Below, in pieces: positions 31,500 through 45,500 of a stretch of DNA of 64,000 bases (its first letter is position 1; each line of letters begins with the position of its first letter). The DNA lies in contig OZ037767.1 of NCBI GenBank assembly GCA_964035545.1, positions 8,194,581-8,258,580 on the forward strand, in the 5' to 3' direction. The translations under genes and the position numbers were made by a program. This DNA comes from Bugula neritina (lineage: Eukaryota > Animalia > Bryozoa). Under the pieces are notes generated by a model. It was not told where the DNA came from. It was given only the letters and a program-made list of their open reading frames with translations, and did not search any database.

Positions 31500-33410
31500 A
31501 TGAATATGATTGGGAAATCAACAGCAATATGTGCAGGAGCTGTAGGTTTAGCATTTGTTGGATACTGCATATATTTTGATAGAAAAAGACGATCAGATCC
31601 CGAGTACAAAGCTAAAATTCGTGAAAGTAAGTTTTAGTTTCAGTTTGGATTAAACTTAATATTGATCAAAGTGTTTCTTTTAAATCTGCAATTATAATTT
31701 GATAAGTTAAATTTGTTTGAGATGAAACGCGATGAAAGCTTTAATGTGATCGTTGTGATTCTTTGTAATGGTAGTTTTGATTTCGGCGTTGTTAAACTTT
31801 AAGTTAATCTTAATACTAATCATAATCATAATGATAATGATAGTGAGACTGAGAACATTTGTGATTTGATTTTCATTTTACCATCGCTTATGTTGGTTAT
31901 GCTGTTATGCAGATGCATTTGCATTTGAAATTTTAATCTTAGGCTCACTGTTCTGTATTGCGGGTCTAATTGTTAGTTTCTCATGGCTAAAGAATACTGC
32001 TGCTTACTCTTTTAGCCTACCTATCATAATAACTTTCGTAGAGTTATTGTGTTACGCATGTATAGTTTTAATAAGTAACAGTATATTTCTGTTGTTTGTT
32101 TTAGGGAGGAAAAAAGAAAAAACTAGCACACAAAAGACATCCACATGTGGTGAGCGTCCAAGACCTGATGCCACAGACACTCAAGCTGTTCAGAATTACT
32201 TCCTACAAGAAATTCATACTGGCGAAGAGAAGCTGGCGTTAGGTTAGTTTTCATTTCAACATCTGCTTTGCACTATGATTACTTTTTGTGTGGTAATGTT
32301 ATTTATAGAATTAATTAACTGAGTGTCTAGACTCTAGTAGTTGCAATGATATTTGGGATGAAATATTTTAATAAAATGAAAATGAGCATTTGTGACTTAC
32401 TTGTTTTTAATGTTTGGTGATTTAAATCGACAATCGTTTGCCCTTGTGCCGTCTGCACACTTCTATGATCAATGTTGTTCATAGCTGTATAATGTTGAAT
32501 AATATCAACTAGTTCTGCTTCTACAGGAATGATAGATGCTGGAGTAGAACATTTATACAATGCTGTATCCATATGCGCTCAACCGCAACAGTTGCTGCAA
32601 GTTTTGCAGCAGACGCTGCCTCCCAACATCTTCCAGCAGTTGATCAACAAACTGCAGTCTGTAGCAACTTCTGTAAGTTTGCTATAATTTATTCAGTGTA
32701 AAGTGTTATTCTATTCAATGGTGTCATTTTAGCATCTTTATGCATTAGTTAGTCATATTACATTGTCTTTCACATCTGCAAACTACCCTAGTTTTGTATC
32801 TACCTGATTTAATCTGAGTCATGTCCTTCTAACGAATACATTCAGCACAAACACAACTATAAAGCACCTTCTAGTTGTTAACTCGTTTTAGAAATTGTTA
32901 AAAAAAAATTAAATCATTTTATAGCATTGAGTTTAATTGCTTTTTAAAAGGCAAATAAATGTTGTGCAAATTAATTTCTTAATCATTCGAATCAGTAGAC
33001 TCATTCAATAGTGTTTTTTTTACATTTATGCACAATAAGAAGTTAGTGGAATATACTTGCACCAGATGCATTTTAGTTGATATTTTAACCCAGACTTATG
33101 CTCTTCTTATATTAAAATTTTATATCAACTAAATATTTTGCCTAAAAGCTGCTTTTAATTCAAACTCTCTAGTCATTGCGTAGCAGCTGCAAACTTAGTA
33201 TTTCAGAGTGTATTGCAATAGCTGTATTCTCTCTACTACCAGTATTAATACTCACTCTACAAATTTATTTAGCCAATCAGAATATTCATTATGACTTGTT
33301 TTGTAAACTTGAAGTTAATCAGTTGAACCAATATTTAGTGTAATTTTATTGCATTGCAGAAAGTATCAAAAGAGCCGATAGCTGAACAAGTTGACGATGA
33401 ACTGGAGTAA
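31500..33410 (+). CDS. TOMM20: Mitochondrial import receptor TOM20
   Basis: Exons 31500-31626, 32105-32242, 32527-32672, 33360-33410. Translation includes AGAVGLAFVGYCIYFDRKRRSDPEYK, FLQEIHTGEEKLALG, GVEHLYNAVSICAQPQQLLQVLQQTLPP and an acidic end VDDELE*, all diagnostic TOM20 motifs. Confidence 0.97.
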
Positions 33411-33568
33411 ACTTATACAACTCATTCAGAAAAACTTTTCTTAAACTAATTCTTGTGCTTTTATTACCCAGTTCTTTGCTGATGCTTTTTCTTTTAAAGT
33501 TTTCGATAATTGTGCTACTCCAATACAGTATATCAAATTATGTATACACACAGTATGTTAATCAATGA

Positions 33569-33574
33569 AATAAA
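33569..33574 (+). terminator. Candidate TOMM20 poly(A) signal
   Basis: AATAAA 160 bp after the stop codon. Confidence 0.55.
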
Positions 33575-33718
33575 TGCAATCTGTTGAATTCCAATCAAAA
33601 TTCGCTCGTATTCATTTATGAAAGTCACGCAAATGGCTGTGATGTCATGAGTTTTTGTAGTTTTCTGCTGTTGGTTTCATTGAACCTAATTTTCGTGAAT
33701 CAATTTTCGACATAAATT

Positions 33719-36700
33719 ATGAGTCAGAGTAGCTCCTCCTCCAGCTCTTCTAATGGTAAGTGTTAAACTTATATAAATATATGGAACTATCTGGGTACAA
33801 GGCATGACAGCACTATAATGTCAGCATTATATGGTGGAAGTTCATTGCTGTCAATGTTACAGAGTCGGCTGAAAGTAGTAGCAGTGGGTCGGCTGACAGC
33901 AATACAGGGTCATCCACTAGAGAAGATGAGTCAACTGTGGACAGTTTACCTGAGCAAGGTAAGTCCTGTCCTCCAGATAAATCGCATGCTGTGGTATCCA
34001 TGAATGAAGAGTAGCTGCTTGGTTCATGAAGATAGATGAGCCATTTTTCTCACAAGTGTGCAGTTTCATCCCTTTTCAAGCAGACACAACTAGCTTTTTA
34101 AAGGTGACTACATTCCAATGTATCATTATTTCCTTGTAGGTAGGAAACGGAAGAAGCGTGCTTACAACATGCCTACAGCACGAGTCAGCGCGGGCTGCAA
34201 GGCAGTTCTCTTCCCTGAACAGTCCTCTAGCTGTGAGGAGTCCGAGGTTGACTTCACCGAGCTGCTGTCTTCCATTCTGTATAAACGGCAGTCAGCAACA
34301 GGTGAGTGTTGACTTTACTGAGCTGCTGTCTTCCATTCTGTATAAACGGCAGTCAGCAACAGGTGAGTGTTGTAATATGCTACTAATATGCCTCACCTGC
34401 AAAGTTACTTTCAGTACACCACGACTTGGGTTCTCTTTCTACTCAAATGTGTAAACGTTGTAATAACATACATATTATGCTTTTTGGGTTATATTACTCA
34501 TATTTGTATTTGCTTACATTTTGCTATTCATTCTTTTTGTAAATATTATGAGGCTTTGTTAATCATATTTTAAAATTTAAAGTGTATTTCTTGAACATGA
34601 CGTGTGTCTTCTAGTGTGAGCAGACATGCCGTGAAGGCATAGTGAAGTTATAGAGTTATCTGTGTTTAACAAGTTACGGTTGTACCTTTCAGTTGTATCG
34701 GAAAAGCTACTCACTCCCCTGAAGCACAAACCCATGTTCCCTGGCTTGGCTGAGGCTCTAAAGAAGAAGAAAGAGGAGAGGAAATTAGCGCGTGAGGTTG
34801 TCTTGATATGCTCACCAGGTTCTAGCAGCTGTCTTTGCGGCCTTGTTAATCTTCTGCTTTAAAGAACAACTATTAGTTATCTTTTTCTTATGTTTCAGCT
34901 CTTACAGTAACTTTGTCATTTATTGACATTAGATTATTTCTCTAAGCAACTCATGTGGTCATTGCTTTACATCAGTACACTCAGGTCTTTAGGCAAATGA
35001 TTAAAACAGTTGTGCTTTGCAAGCACATTTTATTTAATTGTCATCAAGTGATGATAAATTTCCATTAGCTTTGAGTTCTCATGTATAACGAACTATATCT
35101 TGTTTTCAAGTCCAAGTGGAGTTTAGACACTAAACTGCCTACTACAACTATATAAATTCAATTAATTCACATATTACATTTTTTGCTTAAAAAATTTGCA
35201 ATTCAAAGTTTCACAGAGGCTTTCCATTTCTATTTTTTTGAAATATTCACAATATGGCAATCATGTGCCACATTTCGTGTTTACTAATTGTAATAAAAGG
35301 AAATTAATTACTTATTCTCAAATTTTGTGAGATGTTCACCCTGGCATTATTTCCGAGGAAACAATCCAGTTACACGGTAATATAATTAATATTTTTTGAA
35401 ACATTTTTCAATTTTTAGAAATCTCGTAAACCCACCAGGAGTGTAGAGATTCCAGACCTCCCTAAGAACCCTTACGAGGAGTTCACATACACTCCTGTGA
35501 AACTCACGGCTCTAAAGGAGAGACAGTACCACCAGAGTGATGCTTGGCTGTATGAGTGAGTAATATGTTCTACTACTCTACTGTATGAGTGAGTATTATG
35601 TTCTACTACTCTATTGTATGAGTGAGTATTATGTTCTACTACTCTACTGTATGAGTGAGTAATATGTTCTATTACTCTACTATATGAGTGAGTATTGTGT
35701 TCTACTACTCTACTGGAGTAAATAAGCTCATTATCTGAAGTTGAGCTGTGCTGCTTATGGGAAATTTCAAGGTTGTATTTATTGCACAACCAAACTTGCA
35801 AAGTTACAGTTAAGCACTCATTTGAAGTCACATTGTTTTCAGCCCTGCATCAAACTTATAAATATTTGGCTCTGTAGGTGTTAACGAGTACACAATATAT
35901 ATTATACTGCTGTTTTTATTATAATATGATTAAATATTACTATGTAACATATGTAATGCATTGCATTATAATATATCATAAATGTAGTTTGTTACATAAT
36001 ATTATATTAATAAATACTTACATAATGTTATATTACTGATATGTTTCAGCTCCAAAGCTCACATACTAGCACTAACTGATGTAGATAAACTGTCATCTTT
36101 TGAAAACCTAAATCCAGGTTTGGAAAGAGGATTGCCTATCAAATATGATGATGGCAGAGATGTAAGAATTGCGTAATAAAAAGTTTTGATAATTATATAT
36201 CTTTTAGTTGCTATGTTGTCTTTAGAAATATGATGTACAAAGTTTAACTGATTCTGTAGCAGTTATATACTAACTTTACCTTAAGTAAAAGATAGTACAG
36301 TTGGAAAAATATGATTTCCTTGATAGAGTTATACTCATAATAAGCTGCAGTTTACTTTCAAGTATTTCAGTTCCTAGTGGCCATCACTTTTGGTATTTGT
36401 CAGATAAATTTACCTCACTATTTTAAAATATCCTTTCTATCGCTCATAGCAGGTGTAACCTGTCTATTAGACATGAAATATATTACTCCATAACACCTCA
36501 CAGCCATCTGTTAACCACAATTACGGTTACTGAAAAATTAAGTGTTTTATAAAACAAGTACAATCATTTACATTCACTTTTTACTGATACACTAAAATTG
36601 TGAGACGGTTTCGCAATGTTTTGACAAAGTTTTAAAGCCAAAGAGCAGTTTTTTCTACTTCATATCTGCACAGTGACTCACCACTCCTTGGCTGACTCTC

Positions 36701-39043
36701 TTCTCATTGGCTCGTAGTTTTATCAATCTGTATGATACCATGAAACCCAATTCTAAAGACATGATATAGTAGCTTTTCTAGCTACTTTTCTAGCTTTAGA
36801 ATTTTTTTTAGCAATATTTTTCATTTACTTTCAATTCTTTGTTTCTACAGATGAAGTTCCTTATTAGGGAGTTGGCTGCCCTCCACACTGTAGTGAGACC
36901 AGGTAAGCATATAGCGCTCACTTTTCCCAGGTAAAGCCAGTTTATTGAATCTCTGAGAATACAAGTTTGTTGACCTTTGGAAAATTTCCGTAACCTCAGT
37001 ATGTCAGTCACATGATCAAACTGCCAGATTTTCTTTTTCTGCTAAATATTGTAATGTTGAATGTTATTGTTTACTATTTAGTCATTTGTTGAACTCAATA
37101 AATAAACAAATACTCTGTGTGCAGGTAACAAGCTAATGAAGGAAGCTTTAGATAAGTTGGGGAATGATGAGTCGATGCCTGCCCACCCCATCACTGACCT
37201 TCAACCTTTGTACATGGAGGCTGCCGATGCCGACAGAGGCATATTTGAGGGTGACCTTAGCTTTGGAATTACTGGGGCACGCTTGTAAGTAGCTTACTGG
37301 TGTAACAAGAGATTACTAAAATGATTTTGATGCAAACCATTTGTTTTTAGTACGTTTAAAATGCTGGCTTCATCTTTTTAAAAGTACCTACTAAATTCTG
37401 AGTCTTCTCTTATAAAGAGACCTCGTGCAGTCGTAGTATTGAAGTTAGTTTTCTCATTGTGAGTTGAGGCAGTAGCAAAGCTATGAGTTTGTCTCTTCTA
37501 TGTGTAGCGGGTTGTTGTGTAGTTATCTGATAGCTCTGCATAGGCAGCTTAGTAAATAGAATTTTCTCTTATTGTATCAAGTTTACCAATAAATCTCACC
37601 CAGCATTCTCTCGATGTGTTATTTTTAAGATTATCTGAGTTTGAAAATGAAACACTGAAGCATTTTTAGGTGCTTCATTTGAAACACTTAAGAGAGGGTT
37701 GTACGCTGCCTTTACTAGTGGCAAAATTGCTGTCACTATGATGATTAGTACTTTACTCACTTGGCACCAGGTGTTATACTCTTACTAAACTCTTGATTTC
37801 TCCATTCAACCTCTTAAAAGGGATTTGCTGGTCTATATAATGATTTTTTTAGTTTTGGAGACAAGAATGATAATATGTTCAAAGATTACCTTGGAAAAGG
37901 ATGCTCTAAAAAGAAAAAGTCTAAAAATTGTCAAGGTATTCATATTTGTCACTTCATTATAAACTGTGAAACAATAGCTTTAAGCTTTACTGAATTATTT
38001 TGTTAGCTCTCTAATTGTGTCATGATTGCAATACTGCAACATAGTATACAAATACCACTGCCTCTGCAATACTTACATGTGAGAATTGTTTTTTATATAA
38101 GGTTTTACGTTTTAAACTATATATATTTTTCACCTTTCTCAACTTTTAGTCTTGCACAGGTTGCTGTATTCTAATGTTCTAATATATAAACACAATATAG
38201 TGATTCGTTTTGAAATAATAGTGAAACATAGTAGGCAGTCTCAACTCAGTCTCAATTTGTTTTTATCATAATCTGCTTCAACACTTCTCAGCTACTTCAA
38301 ATTATAAAACTTTCGCAACATGGTGGACTATAGGATTTTTACTGGAAAATTTTGTAAAGATAGCTAAAATCATAGCCAGGTGTTGTAATTCTAGCAACTC
38401 CACCATTCATATTTCTCTCATACAGTGGCACTTGCACTGCTGTAAATGCAATATAAGAGTGTAGGGGATGTGCTAGTTTCAGTTACACAGCAGGATACAG
38501 GTATGCAGGTATTCCTATTCATTTACAGGTACAGGTATTGTCTCCCCTGTTGCAGAACATTGTGGGACTGAAAAGAGTAGACAACCCTGTCACACGTATA
38601 CAAGAGTCAAGTGTAAGAAGTATAAGAAGAAGCCTTGTGTTCCCAGGTACTAAACACACTATTGTCCCTCTTGTTCATGAATTCTGAATGTAATGTTATT
38701 TCACATTTACAATATTGCCAAAAACATCTTAGAGTTATCTTCTCTTTTTCCTCTGCTCTATATTATAAAGTGGTGCTGTATTAAGCCATGTAGACTGGTT
38801 CTCACATTGTTCTGACCAACTTTTTCAAATTCTATCACATAAAACTACAATGTGCTACAATATACTGTGTTGTTACCTTGCAGTCAGTGCAGTTAGCTGC
38901 TTGACTCTGATATGTTGTCTCACAGCATACATATTGTATATGCTGTGTAATTGTCTTCTAGGCAGTGCTTTACTACAGAAGATGACTTCTTGGATCTCAT
39001 TAAAAAGTCAGACAAATGGAACTCACCAGTGAATAAACCGTAA
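33719..39043 (+). CDS. Uncharacterised ~371-aa protein with a Ser-rich N-terminus and several basic clusters (possibly nuclear), 11 exons
   Basis: Exons 33719-33755, 33863-33958, 34140-34301, 34693-34796, 35419-35555, 36050-36161, 36851-36902, 37125-37284, 37853-37935, 38556-38646, 38962-39043. All introns are GT-AG and phase-consistent, summing to 1116 nt with no internal stop. NLS-like GRKRKKR, KKKKEERK, SKKKKSK. Family not recognised. Confidence 0.8.
34247..34368 (+). repeat. 61-bp direct tandem duplication spanning an exon end and its donor
   Basis: GTTGACTT(C/T)AC(C/T)GAGCTGCTGTCTTCCATTCTGTATAAACGGCAGTCAGCAACAGGTGAGT occurs twice with 2 mismatches. Confidence 0.95.
35548..35713 (+). repeat. 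33-bp minisatellite (5 copies), each copy containing the donor GA|GTGAGT
   Basis: Unit CTGTATGAGTGAGTAATATGTTCTACTACTCTA. Confidence 0.93.
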
Positions 39044-41765
39044 ACTCTGGTCACTCAGTCTCACCTGCATCCTGCTTCTACCACATCACCATACTAGGCA
39101 GCTGGGACTGTGCAGTATATGACTGAGAGAGAGTTATTGAACTTTGTAGAGAGTTTTGTAGTACTGGCATTAAATCCTTCTGATCTTTTACAGTATATTA
39201 ATGTATAGTATAATATAGTGTGCAAAATACAGTATAGTATTATATAGTATAATATTGTGCTCAATGATATATGATATATGATACAGACTACAGTTTAGTA
39301 AGTTGAATAGTAAACTTAGAATGATAGCAGAACTTGTATTTTTTCTTTCATTACCAGTGAATAGAGTTGTGTTCTCTAACTTTGAACTGTTCTATATTCA
39401 TAAATAAGCAATTTATATACAGTGGCCTTGGTTAGATGTATGGGAGTCTCTACTGTGGCTGCTATTATATGCATGTATATGTTGTTACTCAAATTGGTAT
39501 AAAAATTATAAAAAATTGAAGTTTCAATCAGTTTAAAGCTAATAGTCATATTTAAGTACAGCTTTGAGTCAATTTCTCTCTTTAGATCAAGGTACAACAC
39601 TCAACTGTTAGTTAATTAATTGTTTCCATTGCATGATAATTTTATATCTCAATATATAGTGTATAGGCTATGTGTAAAACTATTTCAATTCAGCAAGTAG
39701 GCAATTTGATGTACGAAAATTAAAAGCATTATTTCTATATGTTATGAATCATATATCGCTTAATTATACTGTATATAAAAGTTATTTTAATCTATATATT
39801 TTTGGAAGAAATGTAATGTACTTCAGGCTTTGCTTCCTCTCATTAATTTTGTTTGTCACCAATCTGCATCCATCTAATGATTTTTATTCAAGTCATCCCA
39901 TCTTTAAGGCATTGAATTATTTATTAGTCAATTAGTAAAGAGAATGACTTCAATATCCATATCGTTGCATTATTTTGACCCAATGTTTACTCACTTATTG
40001 CCTCCGTGTTCATTCTTAAGTCTAAACTCCCAGTTTGACATGCTCTTTTATTAAGTAGTTAATTGGATGGCTTTTCTTGTAACCTTAACTTATTCATAGC
40101 TATTGATTTGATCATAAGAACCTAATATTCTAGTAATCCTTATTATAATGTGTTTTATGGATTGGGATAATAAACTACCCTGCAGCCAGTCAAACATACA
40201 AACTACATAGTATATAACTTATTTCTACAGATATTCAAATTATAGACTTGGCTACTTGACATAAATGGTCCATTTTTTCAATTCTGATTCAGTAATTGTC
40301 AAATAAAATGTACTTCCTTTTCATTGGTTGTTTTATTACAAATGCTGATTATTGTAGTAAACCTGGTAGGTTTTAACAGATATTTATTGGTTATCTGAGA
40401 GCTAAGAAAATTTTGCAGTTTTGAGTTTATGCATATCTATATTTGTTTTTTATTTGTTAACAAACAGTTTTATGCTGTAAACTTTAAACATTTTGCAATA
40501 AAATTATACCATATGGTAATAAAGGGAAGAAATTATTGCTACTGCATTGATCTATATTTACACGGCAGTCAATATGAAAGAATTATAACTTTTGTAAAGT
40601 GCCACGTCTTACTTGATTATTGACTTGCCATGCTAGTTTTATTTATTTGCTTAGGCTTTTTATTTTCTAAATAACATTCATACCTCTCAGCCTACTTGGA
40701 TCTTGCCCGATCATTTACTAGTCTGTACACCTTGTGCTATAATGCTACATGGATAACTCATCATTGCAAATAACTCTCACCCATTATAAATACTGTGTAA
40801 ACTTCATGGTTACCTCAATTGTTGGAGTAATCGTTATATTATTTGTACAGTGATGTCTACACGGCACTAATTTCAGTTATATTATGTAGTTGTTGAATCA
40901 GTACTTGGATGTGTGTATGATATACAGTGTTAAACGGGTACACATTATGTATTTCTGATTGAATCTATGGTGTGCATTGCAAAACTTACTATGAATAACT
41001 TTACCAACCTAGTTTTTTCTTTTGAGAAACTCTGCACAGCTGATAAAAATATGTGCATAGTGTTAATTCAATAATAGGCTGTATATATTTAGTCAAGTGG
41101 CAGCTGGGTAACTGTTAACATGTGACATCAATATTCCATATATAGACTCTCACTCTGGCATAACAAAGTCAAGTAGACCATTAATTACGGTTCATTTATA
41201 GCAGTTTGCATTTTATGGTTAACTTAATAAAATAGAACATTCCCAGCTCTTTTAATTTGACATAATTTATGTAGTTGACCGGTCACCCTATATTAGAATG
41301 TGAAAGGTGAACAATCATATATGTGTTGCATTCGTGGTTTTCAAAAGCGCTAGTTGGCAGAAAATAAAATTATCTCATGTTGGAAGGTATCAGTTGGAAA
41401 TTTAAATATAAATGAGCTTGAACTTTGTCTGCAAATTATTTTTCATGGTCTGAGAGCTTACTTATACGCCTACTAATTGTCTTCTATAATCAATATGTCT
41501 GACAGAGGGCAACATAACGTGATCTGTATAATCTGTTAGTCATCAGACCTCAGTCACTTTCCATGCTGCCTAAGTCCACAGCTTTCTTTTAGGAATTTAA
41601 GTAGTAAAAATTAACTTTCGATACTCAATCAGGTCTAGTTCTACTTAGTGCTTAGAATTAGATACTGAAATTCTCAATAAAGCAGATTTCAAATTGAAAT
41701 GGTTATATGACAGCTATTTTAGGTAACAATGGCGCAAGTAGTAATAACACATGTTATACAGTGGT

Positions 41766-41877
41766 GCAAATGGAAGAGTAGGTAAAAATGGCACATTGAT
41801 GCTAAAATTTCCCAAACTCCAAACCATAAACCCCAATATTGAAAATGCGCCACTTTTACCCACTTTTTTCATTTGTG
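41766..41877. mobile_element. Degenerate inverted-repeat (MITE-like) element
   Basis: GCAAATGGAAGAGTAGGTAAAAATGGCACA pairs imperfectly with TGCGCCACTTTTACCCACTTTTTTCATTTGT. A further partial arm lies at ~41903-41918. Confidence 0.5.
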
Positions 41878-42535
41878 TTATTTTTTGTTGTGCTCTTTTC
41901 AACTGTGCCATTTTTACCAGACACAATGACAGCTTGCTAATTGGTGTAGACTGTAGACTCTTTTGTAGCATAGTTTGCTGAGCAGTTTTACAATCTTTTC
42001 CTACTAATTGAAATTAAACCAATACTTCTCATAAACTACCAAAGACTTAGCAGTGTGACCTAGAGTTTCAGGTTAACTGAAAACCATTTACAGTAACAAT
42101 AGAAAATGCAGCTTTGATCAATACATTACTATGATTATAATGATATTAGCACTTTTCATACAACCAGTTTAACAAGTACTGCAAGTAGCAATCAAAATTA
42201 AACTTTCACAGTGCTAATTGCATAGCCAGTCTACATGCATGGGTTTATGATAAAAAGAAAAATATGAATCAGTAGAAGTGTGTAATCAATAACAGCAGGA
42301 TAAGTAGCTTTTACACTTTTATTTATACAAAATTGCTAATAGCAGTTCTACAACTACTAATATATATTGATGCATTTGGCATTTGAATTAGAATAACTAG
42401 TGTCTTACTTCTAGAATTAACCAATAAGATTGAACATCTGCAAGTTAAATTTACCAGCAGCAATGCTTTCATTTTCTGCAATTTTGTTAAAAATGCCTTG
42501 AAGCAGTATAGGTGCATTTCATGATTTTGAATGAC

Positions 42536-45500
42536 TCAGACAGCTGTAGTAGGAATGATGTTTGCTGCCTCTTCGTGTAAGCAATCAGTCTCACTAAAGC
42601 CAGGCTCTGGTGAGACGGTCTGTAGAGATTCCACTCTATTTTGGCTTCTGGTCAAACTCTCTCTGCTTTCTGGTTGCATTTTAGTTGGATGGATTATTAT
42701 ATCTTTCTCTCCATGCACTGTTATACTAAATGTTCCCTCATTCTTCTTATATAACTCCTTCCTGGCTTTATGTGCCACTCTTATACTCAGCAGTCCCGAG
42801 ATGATGCAGACTAATATCTCCGCTCCTGCGGTCGCTGTAAATCATGAACGATGTTATTCATAAGCAACTACTACATTGTATAAGCCCTAAGTACTGTGTA
42901 CACACTAATGTATTAAATATCTACAGCAAATCTTATATATGCAAGCTTATAGTCACTATCCCTGTGAGAAACCTCTAGAAGAAAGGGTTCTTTTTTAAAT
43001 TTGAATTAAAGACTTATTTGCATGTGGCACAAGAGTAATTATGACTGGATGCTCTTCCTAGCAACACCGGTGGTGTTTACAGGGAATCAACTCAATTCTC
43101 TCTGGTTTACAAGCTAGCACTCTAGCCCATAAACCAGGGTTGCTCCCTGACCCAGAAGAACAAACAATCCTATACATAAATTTGGGATACTGCCATAGAA
43201 ATCTGATAATAAAGAGAAAAAAGTAGAATTTACATCCACTCATGTGCTCGAAGTAGTTTGTAAAAATACATTTCTCTGTCTAAGTGATCATTATTATTAT
43301 TCCCAGTTCAATAATTCATTATTCCAGCAACCTTATAGCTTGAAGCCTTAAACCTTTGTAGTTATATGCAACAATTTAGTTTATAACTACTGTAGGTACC
43401 TGATATGAAAACTAAATGTACTTATACCGACATGCCTAGACTCAAAAAAAGTGTCTTTTCTTGATTGCCTTTTTGTGTTGAAAAACTCTTTCATACTTGA
43501 ACTCATTGATTAGTAATTTGAAAATTTAATATTATTTACCATTTGCCTGGTATTTAGTTACATTGATTTGCTGTGCAATTTACAAGTTGCAAATATTATA
43601 TTGTTGGTAGCTAATATAATTTTCGTAGGAGTTTGTTTGTATGTAAACATTAAATCCAATATGCTTAGCTTTATTATTTTCACATCGCTCCGTAATAAAA
43701 GCTCTTTCCTTTCTACTATACATCATAATAGACAGTGTTAGCAGTCCAGTAACTATAACCCATTATAGAATATAGACTAGGTATTATAGCCTACACCTAC
43801 TATTTGTACAAAGATATAATAGTGGATCACGTATTATAGGTATTATACTCAAATGTTATTAAAATATTAGGAAAATGGCTCTTGTTCTACATTGCTATAT
43901 TACGTAGCTATACTATCTATTTCAAAACTCTCTAACGAAAATACCTACATGATGCGTATAAAATTGAATAGAGTTTTAAAATATACATATTTATGTTTTA
44001 AATGATTCTACCAGGCATCTGCTATATAGCAGCTGTATTGGAAGTTTTCTTAAACTGCTGCAAATCATTTTAGCAAATTACTTGTTACTAAATTTCAGCA
44101 ACTTATTTGGTCAAATGTGCCCGACTACAGCATACTAACAATTTCTCACATATACTATGATATACTAGTCAGTTTTTTGTCAGTTCTTATCTGCTACAGA
44201 TGTCTGTAATGTCTCTTTTTGACGGATGCAGCTTGAGCCAATTTCATCCAACAATTATCTGACCAACTGCATAATTTTCACTTCCCTAATAATATCCATA
44301 TAATCCCCACATAGTAATAGCCATATCAAATATAGTTCTCACCTTTTAATAATATAGCTTTAACGAGCTTTCTCTTATTAATGGCATCTTAGGCTCACCT
44401 ATAGCTATAATAACCATATCATCGTACTTCTCTTTCCTTAGTGTATCTCCATCCAGCATATGGTTGACTAGTCCCATCTTTAGAAGCTGTATATTCACTA
44501 CACCAACCACCATTGACACAGCTGAAAATGCTGCAAACACCATTATCTGCAAAACACACCGCAGAATGTTGAACATTATCATGAAATCATTAGTCTGAAG
44601 TAAAAATGATATAATATAATACTTATAAATAACAGTCTACAATTATCACTCTTTCAAAAACATGAATTATACACTTCAATACTAAAAGTACCTAATCTAG
44701 GTTAAAAGGTTCTCAGCAAAGTTTAATATACACATTATAATAACAGTTCTATTCAGATACATATAAAATGAATGTACCACTTTTAAAACATAAAACCTAC
44801 AAAAACATTTATTATTGTGGAAAGACAAAATTTTTTATTACCAAGATGTTTGGTTTTGATGAATAATAACAACCAAATATAATATTGCAATAAATTATTA
44901 TTAAGATTTATATTACCAAGTAGACAGTCTTTTTCTGAGCACAAATCAATCCTGAAGCTGCCGTCAGCAAAAACTACAACACAATGGATATGATTGTCAA
45001 TAGAATTGTCAACTGGTTTTTACTGCCATAATAGTGAATGAAAATATATGGATAGAGTAAAATGTAAATTCATATTAAAGATATATTTTAATATGTACTT
45101 ATGCTTTAATTTCAACAATCATGCTAATACTTTGTATGACTTTTCCTTATGTGAATATAAAACTGTGTTCAATCAATAAAGATATGCTATACAAGAAATA
45201 AAGATATTTTTAGTGGTAGCTGATGAATTATCATTCTTTCAGTATTAGTAACTCATTATAATCAATATAGATTGTATTATATTATATTATATTATATTAC
45301 ATTACATTATATTATATTATATTATATTATATTATATTATATTATATTATATTATATTATATTATATTATATTACATTATATTATATTATATTATATTAT
45401 ATTATATTATATTATATTATATTATATTGTATTATATTGTATTATATTGTATTATATTATATTATATAGTTACAATATTATATAAGGACCTAACTGCATT

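Noticed and set aside
32269-32326. Possible C/D box snoRNA in TOMM20 intron 2 (GCAC-T-ATGATTA ... CTGA-GTGT)
   Set aside because: Imperfect C box, very short, AT-rich, and no recognisable rRNA-complementary guide; would need snoscan/Infernal.
38850-39032. ORF-track frame GSALLQKMTSW... as the last exon of the unknown gene
   Set aside because: Including exon 37853-37935 sets the phase so that the last exon reads RQCFTTEDDFLDLIKK...* ending at 39043.
39100-42500. Short ORFs between the convergent genes
   Set aside because: AT-rich, no coding-like composition or splice support; likely 3'UTR or intergenic.
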